From: Antedon mediterranea
Lineage: Eukaryota > Animalia > Echinodermata
Reading direction: 5' to 3'
Assembly: GCF_964355755.1 (NCBI RefSeq)
Contig: NC_092677.1
Coordinates: 17,568,101-17,632,100 of the forward strand
Length of the DNA stretch: 64,000 nucleotides
Notes under the pieces: generated by a model
The model's database searches: none
What the model was told of the DNA's origin: nothing
What the model saw: only the letters and a program-made list of their open reading frames with translations
Made by a program: the position numbers and the translations under genes
Shown here: positions 41,698-52,639 of the stretch, in pieces
How the letters are laid out: each line of letters begins with the position of its first letter
Position numbering within the stretch: the first letter of the stretch is position 1

Positions 41698-41769
41698 GGC
41701 TCTGTGGTCTAGTGGTATGATACTCGCCCTGTAAGCGAGAGGTTGCAGGTTCGAATCCCGCCAGAGACA
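41698..41769 (+). tRNA. tRNA-like sequence with anticodon TGT (Thr); probably transposon-borne or a pseudo-tRNA
   Basis: 72-nt cloverleaf: GGCTCTG/CAGAGAC acceptor (one mismatch), A box TGGTCTAGTGG, CTCGC-CCTGTAA-GCGAG, B box GGTTCGAATCC, then T6. Confidence 0.6.
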
Positions 41770-41792
41770 TTTTTTCATACAACTAAAAAATA

Positions 41793-41855
41793 CGGAACTT
41801 TCGCCAATGAGCTATGCTCGACGCGATTATGAGATCATGTTCCGAATATGAGCAC
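41793..41855 (-). ncRNA. Candidate HDV-like self-cleaving ribozyme (degenerate)
   Basis: Manual fold: P1 GTGCTC/GAGCAT (G.U first pair), P2 CGGAAC/GTTCCG, P3 TGA/TCG around an 8-nt loop, P1.1 CT/AG, J4/2 GCGAA. It deviates from the canonical fold in several places. Confidence 0.35.
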
Positions 41856-41919
41856 TGTTTCTATAATTTACAGTATGATTTATATATAATTTACACAGTG
41901 CTACGCAACATCATTGATT

Positions 41920-41972
<53 letters not shown>

Positions 41973-43049
41973 TTATACATACTTTAACACTAAGGAATAA
42001 AAAAAAATTGTTTATACTGTTTTATTTACATTACATTATATATACATATATAATGTAATGTAAATAAAACAGTATAAACAATTTTTTTTTATTCCTTAGT
42101 GTTAAAGTATGTATTTTTCTTTTATATGTTTAATTTTGCTCCTTTAGATTTCATAAAATTGAAAATGATTGTGTTTATACGAAATAATCAAACATAAATC
42201 ATCATTGGATGGAAATGTTATTTATTACATTAAATGACGATGATAAACTGTAAGTCAACAATTTGGCCGTGCTATTACACAATCAAATATAAACACGACC
42301 GACCGTTAAGGTACAGTATATATAATCATATAGTTAATCCTAGTTACATATGTTTATGTTAATTATCACCTAAAATTCGTACTACACTATATAACTAGAG
42401 TATTTTAGAAATCTACATAAATTCATATTAAAGTACAAACATTCGTATTAAAACCTATAAGGCCCAGAGGCACACCACTTCTGTATTAAATGGATAAATG
42501 TTTTGCTAAAACTTATACAAGAATGATTTACTATGTCTATAATTATACAGTTGTATTGATACAAGTACGGAACATATGGCATACATTTATTGTAATACAA
42601 TTAATTCACCGTAATCCTATATATTATATTCCTATAACCCTAGCATGTCGTTTTGATAACCATATCTGGGTAACCGCGCCCAAAAAACCATCTCGGTAGG
42701 TTACCACCCTGACAAACGAGGGGAACCCCAGAACCATGGATTGGAGTATACGGTCCCGTGCTAGATTTGGGTTAAAGTTGAAAATCATTAAGAAGCAGCC
42801 AGCTGATACTCCTAATGCTCACTTTAATATTTGTATTTAAATTGAGAGTTGTAAAAAGAGAAAAACTGCTAAAGAAGAAAAACGCTGTTATGTTGAGATA
42901 TTTATTTATTTGAACTTACACCTTTAAATCGGTGGCACTCAACAATTGGTGCGTTCATAAATAAAAGTTACAAATTCACAAACTTAACTAAACAAATATG
43001 TAAAACAAGAAGAAAAAAAATGCATAAATACACATGAACTCTTTACTAA

Positions 43050-43740
43050 ATACTGATATGATAGAACAGATAGCTCTCGGAGAAAAAAAATGTCACGTCT
43101 CTTAACAAAATAACAAATTAAAACTTAAATTAACTGATGTTCAGTAATACAGATCTTGATCTAATATAAAGATTGAACATTTTTTCCAAGCTCTCTTGGC
43201 ATAAAGTGTACAAAATCTATCAAAAATCTGCTCTACTTCATTAGGTAGAGAAATAGCTATTGATCCTAAAACATAATACAGTTTATTATCGATAGTTGAG
43301 TTTGAAAATTCATTCCAGATATTATTATAATTAATTAGTGCATGTTCAAGCTTATCCATCTCTTCCAATCTTATGTTTGTAAGAGCAGGACAGAAAACAG
43401 AAAGTGTCTTATAGTTTCCTCTTGATTAATGTTGCAAAGTGTACAAAAACCATTATTTTCTTCAGACCATCTAGAAAGTAGAGGATTATTACCCAATATG
43501 TATTGTCACGATTGTTCTAGAAGGTCTTATCTATATCTAATTTATTTATGGTACACCATACATCTGATCCATAATTAATTGAAGGGAGGGCAATTGTCAT
43601 CCAAAGGATGTCCCAAAAATATACCCTATTGAAATTATCAAAATTGTCAACAACAGACTTGATATAAGCAATCAATCTATTACCTTTCTTTCCGCAAAAT
43701 GCTCTGCAACAAATCAGAGAAACCTTTTCAGTGATTAATA
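43050..43740 (-). mobile_element. Degenerate LINE 3' fragment
   Basis: Minus-strand CTLCNINQEETIRHFLF zinc-knuckle-like motif with many stops. Confidence 0.5.
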
Positions 43741-44816
43741 CAAATAATCACAAAATATGAATAAAGATTTGTAACTAATAATATAACTTACTTTATAGAA
43801 AGGATAGGAGAATATCTGCTTGACAAACAAAAAACACTGTGTAGCAATGCCAAGACATTCACACCATTTATAATGAACGAAAAAACTGCTATTGACATTT
43901 CTAAAATGTTCATCGATCTTGAAATGGACCTTCTCAAAAGAACGGAGGTGGAAGAGTGCCGGCAAATAACATCAAACAATCTATCAACTATGTCTATCAA
44001 ATTCCTAAAGGAGATTGGTTTTAGTGTGAATAAGTCATGATTGCAACCAGTCAATACCATTGAATACCTTGTTAACTACTATCACTACTATACAATCCAA
44101 ATGTGGATGTAAAGTTCTTATAGAGGGCGAGAGTGGCATTGGAAAGACAACATTGCTACAATACATAGCATTAGTCTAGGACCTGGGTCAGATTTGTATG
44201 CATTTAAGAATATCTCAACTGTTATAGGATAATTTGACCCCAACGAACAACATGGAATGTGTGCCAAAATCGGGGTCAAAATGTGTGGTTCTTATATCTC
44301 GGCAATCACTGTGCAATGTTCCGTTGTTTCTTCTTTCAATTTGTATTATATGGGAAGATGAAGCAAACAAGCTTCCATCTGATAAATGTGTAACAGTTCG
44401 TTAAAAGGCAAGAACTGAGCAATGATATTGAGGAATTTGAAGACGCGCCGGTAGACTAAATCTAAATGCCATGATTTTGTTAGGAAAGTGCATGTATAAA
44501 TCTTTAAAATTAAATAAATATTCAATATGCCAATAAGATTTGAAAGATGACAAAATAATTACTAACCTGGCCCTAAGACTTGGATTTGTTTATGAAGAAG
44601 CATCACCTTTAAGGTCTGACCGCGGCAATGCGATAAAGATTTTAATATCCCCGCATAATTTAATAGTAGAATCTTTAGTAGGGTTTTACTTGTGCAGTGT
44701 TTGTAGGCCAATCGATGAATGCACAATGCGCTTTGATGAAAATGAATGGAAGGAATTAATAGATTGTCAGTATTTACAGAAAGCAAATGAGTTTGCTGTT
44801 GGTTTTCTTGGCGCCG

Positions 44817-47102
44817 CACAGTGGGCCAGAATTGGTTCAAAGTGTGCCAAAAGTCTATACGCATAAATAAATACTGATTACCTTAATTTTTAAAGGATCT
44901 AAGGGGTATTCAGACCCGTAGAATTTAATGGAAGTATTTTTAAATAGGTATGACGTAATTTCTGATTGGTTGAGGCGAATGTGCTTGTAATTCTTATGTC
45001 GATTGATATTACATTCATTATTGAAAGTGTAATGGTTTCTATTACACCCAATAAATCCAACTGGAACATTTTCTTAATATATTAGACGTCATAAATTAAT
45101 AATTTTTGATTAGATGACTTTAATTCTCATTGCAATATCATGTGTGATTAAATTGCATCCATGATTAAAACGTACTTAAATTATTTAAAGATCCACAGAG
45201 TTCAATGAAACCATCTTTTTAATGTACAGTGTGATGTCATTACAAATACTGTTTTCTGATTGTGTGAATAATATTAATATTGAAAATAGGTTTTTATTGC
45301 ATGTTACAAATAAGGGTTTAAATGACTGAAATACATCATTGTCGTTTGTTTTCATTGTATGTTTTCGTCGATAGACTCTTCGCTCATCATACCTATCAGT
45401 AATACAGAACTCGAAATAATTGATGAACCATGAACTAGGAGAATATGTACACTAACTGGCATTTTATACCATGGATAGAGTTGTATATATATAACCAGAG
45501 CCATAGCTGTAAGCTTCTTCACTTGACGATGGGAATTTATCCAAATCATTAAACTGTTTTGGAGTAGCTCCACATATATAACATCGCATTGAATACGTGG
45601 TTTCAGTCAAAGCATTCACGACCTTTTGGTCAACTATGGTGAATTGTAAATTGTAGTATATTTAGATGTTGTCTTTTCTGTTTTCATCTGCAGCCAGTTC
45701 ATAGTTAATTAATATCAAATAATATATTGAATTGCAGGTGTAAAGGTCAGCAAAATCACGAGAAAGTATCTTTATGTTCAACTGCTTCTTTAATTTCTTC
45801 TTTTTTTTAGTGAACAATTCGAAGTGCAGTTTGGTCCAGCAAGCTTTGAAGGGGTACTCTTGCCGAATCTTCTTTAACCGTTATATTATTTGCGTAGCAT
45901 CTATGCTTAGCTTCCCTCACGTTCCACAAACCTGTTTGGTATGACTGTTTTGTCATATCAGTTTCAACTAGCTAAAAGTGAGAAAGCTTTTTCACTTGTA
46001 AACTTGATCGGTTCTGTTTTTTTTCTCGGATATTAACTTTCTTATTTTAGCTGGTCTTAATGGTGTTAGCATTGCAAACTTCAGCACATATTTTAAATGT
46101 GAATTTTGCTTATAGACGCCTTGTGAAGCAGCATAGAGAAGTTCTTCTGGTTCTCTGACTAATAATAGCTGATGAAATGAACCTTGTGACGGCCATACTT
46201 GTACCATCTTCTTCGTAAATAATAAAGAAAATAGTTTGATAGTTTTTTAGTAGTATACTCCAAAAGTTCTTTTGGTATGTTCTCGTCATTCCTTACATTG
46301 TAATGTAAACGCAATTCACGTAAACATACATTGCAGGCTAGTTCAATGTTGGTAAATAAACCAGCCGAATGGACAGCTTTAAAGGTTGTATTTTGATATG
46401 GAGGCCATGTTACCTGTACCTACATTTATGAATGCTTATTCTCACACTGGTAGCATTCTCTTTTCCAATACAGACGCGTCGTGGAAACGTTTTCTCTTCG
46501 TGAAGTTCGTGCGATTGCGGTACATCAATGTGTCAATGAAAATGCATTATACATTTATTTAAAACGGGACATTTAAATCGCTTCCTATATGCAATGTCGC
46601 AAATTTTCGCAGTCAAATTTGATATTAACGTAAAGCTCAAGCTTTGCTCGAAATATTAATGTCAAAATTATCGCGCGAATCGACGCGAATTCAAACTATT
46701 TTAGTGGTTTTACTTTAAAAATATGATTTTTTGGTATTTTTGGGCTATATTTTGTGACTTTTAACCCTAAAATAAAGCAATAATCGAAAATGTTATTTTA
46801 CTGCCTAATATTATTAATAACAGACAACAATTTCATGCAGTATCAAATCCATTGCTTTTTTCTAGAAAAAATAACAGCGAATTTATCAAAACTGTTGTTT
46901 TTACTCATTTTAAGTGAAATGTCATGGTTTCTTCAAGTTTCCATGGTTACAAGACACTATTAAAATTTACAAAAAATAAAATTATTAGTGGATTTATATA
47001 ATTTAAGATGTCTTCTTTCTAATCCAATATTAAAAAGTTTGGAATGCCACATTTACCATTTTGGACTTTTGGCACACTTTGAATTGATTCTGGCCCACTG
47101 TG
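44817..47102 (-). mobile_element. Transib (RAG1-related) DNA transposon, internally deleted
   Basis: 39-bp TIRs starting CACAGTG with 5-bp TSD CGCCG (44812-44816 and 47103-47107). Minus-strand transposase pieces: EELLYAA..TPLRPAKIRK; EKAFSLL..MTKQSYQ; REAKHRCY..VPLQSLLDQTALRI; TIVDQKVVNALTE..CYICGATPKQFN; LYPWYKMPVSVHILLVHG..IGMMSEE. Confidence 0.92.
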
Positions 47103-48313
47103 CGCCGAGGCAGATACATTTTTTCTTTGGTAGTGTTATCTTGCAATTTCATATAATGAATTTGGAGAAGCTTAACCTTGATTTGAGCAATTTTTATGCA
47201 ACATTATCTACATCGTCGCCTAATCGCAAAGGAAGAATTCTTGCACATATTGCATATTTTTGTACAAACAAACTTGATGTACGTAATAGCAATTTATCAG
47301 GTGATGTTATGAATAGCATGATTAGAGTGTGTACTGAAATGGGTGGTAAGTTGGAATTGAGAGAACTTATATCAGTAATAATGATCTTAGCAAAATTTAT
47401 GCTAAATCATTATATTCTTTAATGATGATGTCTAAATATTTTTCATTTGAGATGATTAATTGCAATCTATCAGGTGAGATAATAAATGTTATAAGTGAGT
47501 ATGAAGGAGGTACAGTATGTCGCAAATATTAACCCTTACAATGAATGACAATAACCTTAGTGACACTGATAGTAATGTGCAGGGTACTTTCTTCAGTACA
47601 AAGTTTTCTAACCTGATAGTGCTTAACATAACTAATTGCAAACTATCAGGTAAACAAATGATAAGTATGATCACAATGTGTTCAGAATATGGAAAATTAA
47701 ATGCACTTTCTATTGGAAAAAACGATTGATGACGTGGATGATACTTTACTGGGTGAATTCTTAAAAACGTCTTCACAACTGGCTGTACTTAGTATGAATG
47801 ATTGCAAATTATCATGTAACAACATGAAAGGAATGATAAAAGTGTGTAAAGACAGAGATTTATTTCTATTGCAAGAGCTTAATATTTCGAATAATGATGT
47901 CAGTGGTATCAATGGTACTTTAATAGGCACTTTCTTGATTAAGTTTTTTTAACTGCGAGGTCTTTACATGTCAAATTGCAACCTATCAGGTGTTGTGCTG
48001 AACAAAATCTGTAAAGTGTACAGCACATTTAACGGATGAATTAGGATCAGAACCACTTCCTACTGAGTGTTTTGAGATCATAAAGACAGCTTCTCTAAAT
48101 ATACCTTCCCGTACCTTGCCAGCTGAGCTGCATAATTACATGTGTAATTTCACAGAAATAGATAACGAAATAACAACAATATTGAAATTGATATTAAGAA
48201 AAGGATTACCGTTCCAAGTGCTTGATATTTCCAAAAATAGTATCAGTGATATTAATGGCAATTTACTTGGTACTTTCTTGAGAAATTCCCCTAACCTCCT
48301 TAAACTGTACATG

Positions 48314-50338
48314 GAAGAACAAGACACCGTTCGCAGTAAAATTGTAGCTATTGTAAAATCTACCACTCTACCACCTTCAAATTTAACCCCCAAAGAACGA
48401 AAGGCCATAAACAACTTGAAGAAAGATAAATCTATTCTTATTCTCCCAGCGGATAAAGGTAGATCTACTGTCATCCTAAATACTAATGATTACAAAGATA
48501 AAGTGGGAACCATGGTGAGCGACACTAATGTTTACGAACTGCTAAAACGTAATCCAACACAAAACTATAAACGAAAAGTGGTCAACATCATAGGCAGGTT
48601 GTTCAAAGAAAAGAAAATCAACTACAGAGAGAAAGAATGGCTGTTTCCCACGGCTGAAATTGTACCTAGGTTGTATTGTCTTCCGAAGATACACCGTTTT
48701 TTACACCGTTGCACAATTCCTCACCAAAATCCTGGGTCCGCTTGTCGGAAACACAGAACATCATGTAACTTACTCAGGAGAGTTGGCGAGTGAACTAAAA
48801 GAAATAATAGTCAAACCAAGTGAAACATTTGTCTCGTTTGACGTAGTATCTCTGTTTACAAAAACACCAGTAGAAGAGGCCCTCAAAGTTGTCGAAAATC
48901 GCCTAACAACAGATCCGACACTTCTGGATAGAACTAAACTACATGTGACAGACATAATGGAGCTCCTCGGTTTAATTGTGAACAAAACCTATTTCTCGTT
49001 CAATGGTAACATTTATAGGCAAATACAAGGCATTGCTATGGGAAGCCCAATAAGTCCTATATTGGCGAACTTGTATCTAGAGTGGCTCGAACATCAAGCC
49101 ATAAACACGGCACCCACTAACATCAAGCCTGTGTATTGGAAACGATACGTTGATGATGTATTAGCTATCATCCCCATAGGTACAGTACATACATTTAACA
49201 CACATCTTAATAACATCGATATAACTGACAATATCAAGTTCACCACAGAATCGATGACAAACAACACAATACCTTTCCTGGACATGCTCATCACACTCAA
49301 TGACAATGGAACAGTTACCACCTCAGTCTATCGGAAGCCCACTCACACAGACCAATATTTACATTTCAACTCACATCATCCACTCGAACACAAACTGGGG
49401 CTTATAAACACGCTTGTGGACAGAGCTGAGAAGGTAGTGGGAGATATGGATTTGAGGAAAGTTGAGATGGATAACATCAAGAAAGCGTTACACAACTGCC
49501 AGTATCCAGAGTGGTCCTTCCAGAGAGTTATGGAAAACCGAAAAAGGAAAAAGAACAAAGGACACGAACCACAGAAGGAAAAGATCAAGATGCGAGGTAG
49601 CATAGGAATCCCCTATGTAAAAGGAATGGCAGAAAGAATACGACGCACTCTCTCCTATCACAATGTCGGAACCTATTTCCTACCCCAAAATAAAATCAAG
49701 AATAGCCTCGTCCACCCAAAAGATAAAATCGAGAAGATGGATACATGTGGAGTAATCTACGAAGTCACCTGCCGCAACTGTCCACAAGTTTATATTGGGG
49801 AAACAGGGAGGGCATTACAAACACGAATTAATGATCACAAAAAAGATGTTACAACAAACACGGGGGGAGTAATGACTAGGGCCTCCAGAACATCCACATC
49901 TTCGATCATACACAAATCTGCCATTACAGAACATGTCATAAAACACAATCATGTACCGAACTGGGAGGCTACCATCTTAACCAAAGAGCCTAAACGCAAA
50001 GACAGACAGATTAGAGAATCATTACATATAAGGAGAAATAAAGAGAAGACCATGAACCGGGACACTGGAGCCCACGAACTCTCGCATTTGTACAATGATT
50101 TGATAGACACATCACCTGGCCGAGCCCCGCACAACCTCCAACCTACAACCGGAGGCGTACAACGTCATCAACAGATGACGTCAAGAATGACCAAGCTGCA
50201 TTAACACTCCGCAGTCAGTTGAGAAGGATCTCTGATAGAGATCGAAACGTTCGAGTAAGTACTCCGTTAACTTGTGCTTTTACAAAAACGAAATTTGTCA
50301 TCTATACAAAATCGAAGCTAAATGAAATTCTTTCAAGA
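48314..50338 (+). mobile_element. 5'-truncated Penelope-like retroelement (RT + GIY-YIG endonuclease)
   Basis: ILPADKGRSTV, SFDVVSLFT, GIAMGSPISP, RYVDD, YRKPTHTDQYL and CGVIYEVTCRNCPQVYIGETGR. 8-bp duplication TGTACATG (48306-48313 and 50339-50346). A deletion and frameshift follow LPKIH at about 48693. Confidence 0.95.
50215..50256 (+). ncRNA. Minimal hammerhead-like motif in the Penelope 3' UTR
   Basis: TTGAGAAG - stem GATCTCT/gat/AGAGATC (50227-50243) - GAAACGTTC. The core differs from CUGANGA. Confidence 0.5.
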
Positions 50339-52272
50339 TGTACATGAATAGTTTCAAATTATCAGGTGACGTAATGAATGAAATGATCAAAGTGTGTGCA
50401 GAAGATAAGTTAGCACTACAAGAGCTTAATATTTGCAATAACGATATGAGTGACATTGATGGTTCTTTACTGGGTACATTCCTGCGTAATTGTCGACTTC
50501 CATGTGACGCAATGAATAAAATAACCAGAGTGTATTCAGAAAGTAAGTTAGCATTAGAAGTACTTGATATTGGCGTTAACGATATGAGTGACGTTGATGG
50601 TATTTTACTGGGTGCTGTCTTGACAAAGTCTCGAAAATTGTGTTTTCTTGGCATAAATAGTTGCATATTGTCGGGTCCTGTAATGAATGAAATGATAACA
50701 GAGTATGCAGGAGATAAGTTAGCACTACACGAGCTTTATATTTCCAATAATAATATCAGTTATATTAATGGCACTTTACTTGGTACTTTCTTGAGAAATT
50801 CTCCGAAGCTGCTTAAACTGCACATGAAAGATTGTAAATTATCAGGTTGCGTAATAAATGAGATGATCAATGTTGCATATACCAGGCGTGGGAAATTGTA
50901 AACTTGTACGTGACGTAATAAATAAAATAATCAGAGTGTATGCAGAAAGTGAGTTAGAATTACAAGTATTTGATATTGGCGTTAACGATATCAGTGACGT
51001 CGATGGTAATTTACTTGGAGCTGTCTTGACAAAGTCTCGACAATTGTGTTGTCTTGGCATGAATGTTTGTAAATTATCGGGTCCTCTAATGAATGAAATG
51101 ATAACAGCAGGAGATAATTTAGCACTACAAGAGCTTAATATTGGCAACAATGATATGAGTGACATTGATGGCACTTTACTTGGTACTTTCTTGAGAAATT
51201 TCCCTAAGCTGCTTAAACTGCACACGAATGATTGCAAACTATCAGGTCCTGTAATGAATGAAAAATTATCAGGTGACGTAATGAATGAAATGATCAATTT
51301 GTGTTCAGGAGATAAGTTAGCACTACAAGAGCTTAATATTTGCAATAACGATATGAGTGACATTGATGGTTCTTTACTGGGTACCTTCATCGGTAATTGC
51401 CAAATGTTGCATACACTATGCGTGGGAAAATACAAACTTGTACGTCACACAATAAATAAAATAATCAGAGTGTATGCAGAAAACGAGTTAGAATTACAAG
51501 TACTTGATATTGCCGTTAACGATATGAGTGACGTCGATGGTATTTTACTTGGTACTGTACTTTCTTGAGAAATTTCCCTAAGCTGCTTAAGCTGCACATG
51601 GATGATTGCAAACTATCAGGTCCTGTAATGAATGAAATGATAACAGAGTATGCAGGAGATAAGTTAGCACTACAAGAGCTTTATATTTCCAATAACAATA
51701 TCAGTTATATTAATGGCACTTTACTTGGTACCTTCTTGAGAAATTCCCCTAAGCTGCTTAAACTGCACATGAATTATTGCAAATTATCAGGTGACGTAAT
51801 AAATGAGATGATCAATGTGTGTTCAGGAGATAAGTTAGCACTACAAGAGCTTAATATGGGCAACAATGATATGAGTGACATTGATGGTTCTTTACTGGGT
51901 ACCTTTCTGGGTAAGTCTCCAATGTTGCATATACCAGGCATGGGCAATTGTAAACTTGTACGTGACGTAATAAATAAAATAATCAGAGTGTATGCAGAAA
52001 GTGAGTTAGAATTACAAGTATTTGATATTGGCGTTAACGATATGAGTGACGTCGATGGTAATTTACTTGGTACTTTCTTGAGAAATTCTCCTAAGCTGCT
52101 TATACTGTACATGAATAATTTCAATGTATTAGGTGATGTAATAAATGAAATGATAACAGTGTGTGCAGGAGATAAGTTAGCACTACAAGAGCTTGATATT
52201 GGCAACAATGATATGAGTGACATTGATAGTACTTTACTTTGTAATTTCTTAAGTAAAGTAAATACAGTATAA
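50339..52272 (+). repeat. 171-nt (57-aa) RI-like LRR tandem array
   Basis: GATAAGTTAGCACTACAAGAGCT recurs at 51658 and 51829 (171 nt apart). Unit approximately GDKLALQELNIGNNDMSDIDGSLLGTFLRNSPKLLKLHMNDCKLSGDVMNEMI. Confidence 0.9.
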
Positions 52273-52639
52273 CAATATAAAATTACTTTAAAATATGAAA
52301 CAACTTGTACGATAAAATGTTGTAAAACTATACATATGTATATAAAAGGAATTAAAAATGTATACGTGTTTGTTTTTATTATTATTAACTTAGCTATTTA
52401 TTGTAATTATATAAGTTATTTAAAATCCAGTTACCAGGAGTCCCTACCAGAAAGAAGGGTTCCTCAGAACACCCCAAGTCACGGAAACGAAAGTGACATG
52501 ACAAACAGGTGAAGGGGCCCCGACCGAATCACCATTCATGAGAAAGTCCATAGTTAATGATGAAGTTTCCTGATCTATTGGTTCGAGCGAAAGGTATGGC
52601 GTATTTATTGTGTCTTAGGTTATACTGTATTTGTGTTTG

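Larger units (their letters stand above)
41300..41970. mobile_element. (TA)n-embedded non-autonomous element with direct and inverted terminal repeats (Penelope-like pLTR layout)
   Basis: The block TCTATAATTTACAGTATG...GCAACATCATTGATTTA is direct at 41493-41554 and 41860-41921 and inverted at 41336-41414. All are bounded by (TA)n. Confidence 0.55.
43799..52272 (+). pseudogene. NLR (NACHT - winged helix - RI-like LRR) region, disrupted by Transib and Penelope insertions
   Basis: Acceptor ttactttatag, then pre-NACHT ERIGEYLLDKQKTLC..IDISKMFIDLE. Walker A KVLIEGESGIGKTTLLQYIA (GESGIGKT at 44126-44149), HD1 LCNVPLFLLSICIIWE, WHD LLGKCMYKSL..ALRLGFVYE..HNLIVESLVGFYL. LRRs run from about 47150 to 52272. 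Walker B is deleted and there are many frameshifts. Confidence 0.85.

Noticed and set aside
44540-44866. Stand-alone 108-aa protein
   Set aside because: It is an NLR winged-helix fragment reading into the Transib TIR. ORF 46988-47422 is the mirror case at the other end.
44817-47102. ProtoRAG (RAG1L+RAG2L) or 12/23 recombination system
   Set aside because: The ends are symmetric (23/23), no RAG2-like or RING sequence is visible, and the motifs are Transib-type and deleted.
50298-52223. Minus-strand repetitive ORFs (122, 197 and 149 aa)
   Set aside because: They are antisense shadows of the LRR array.
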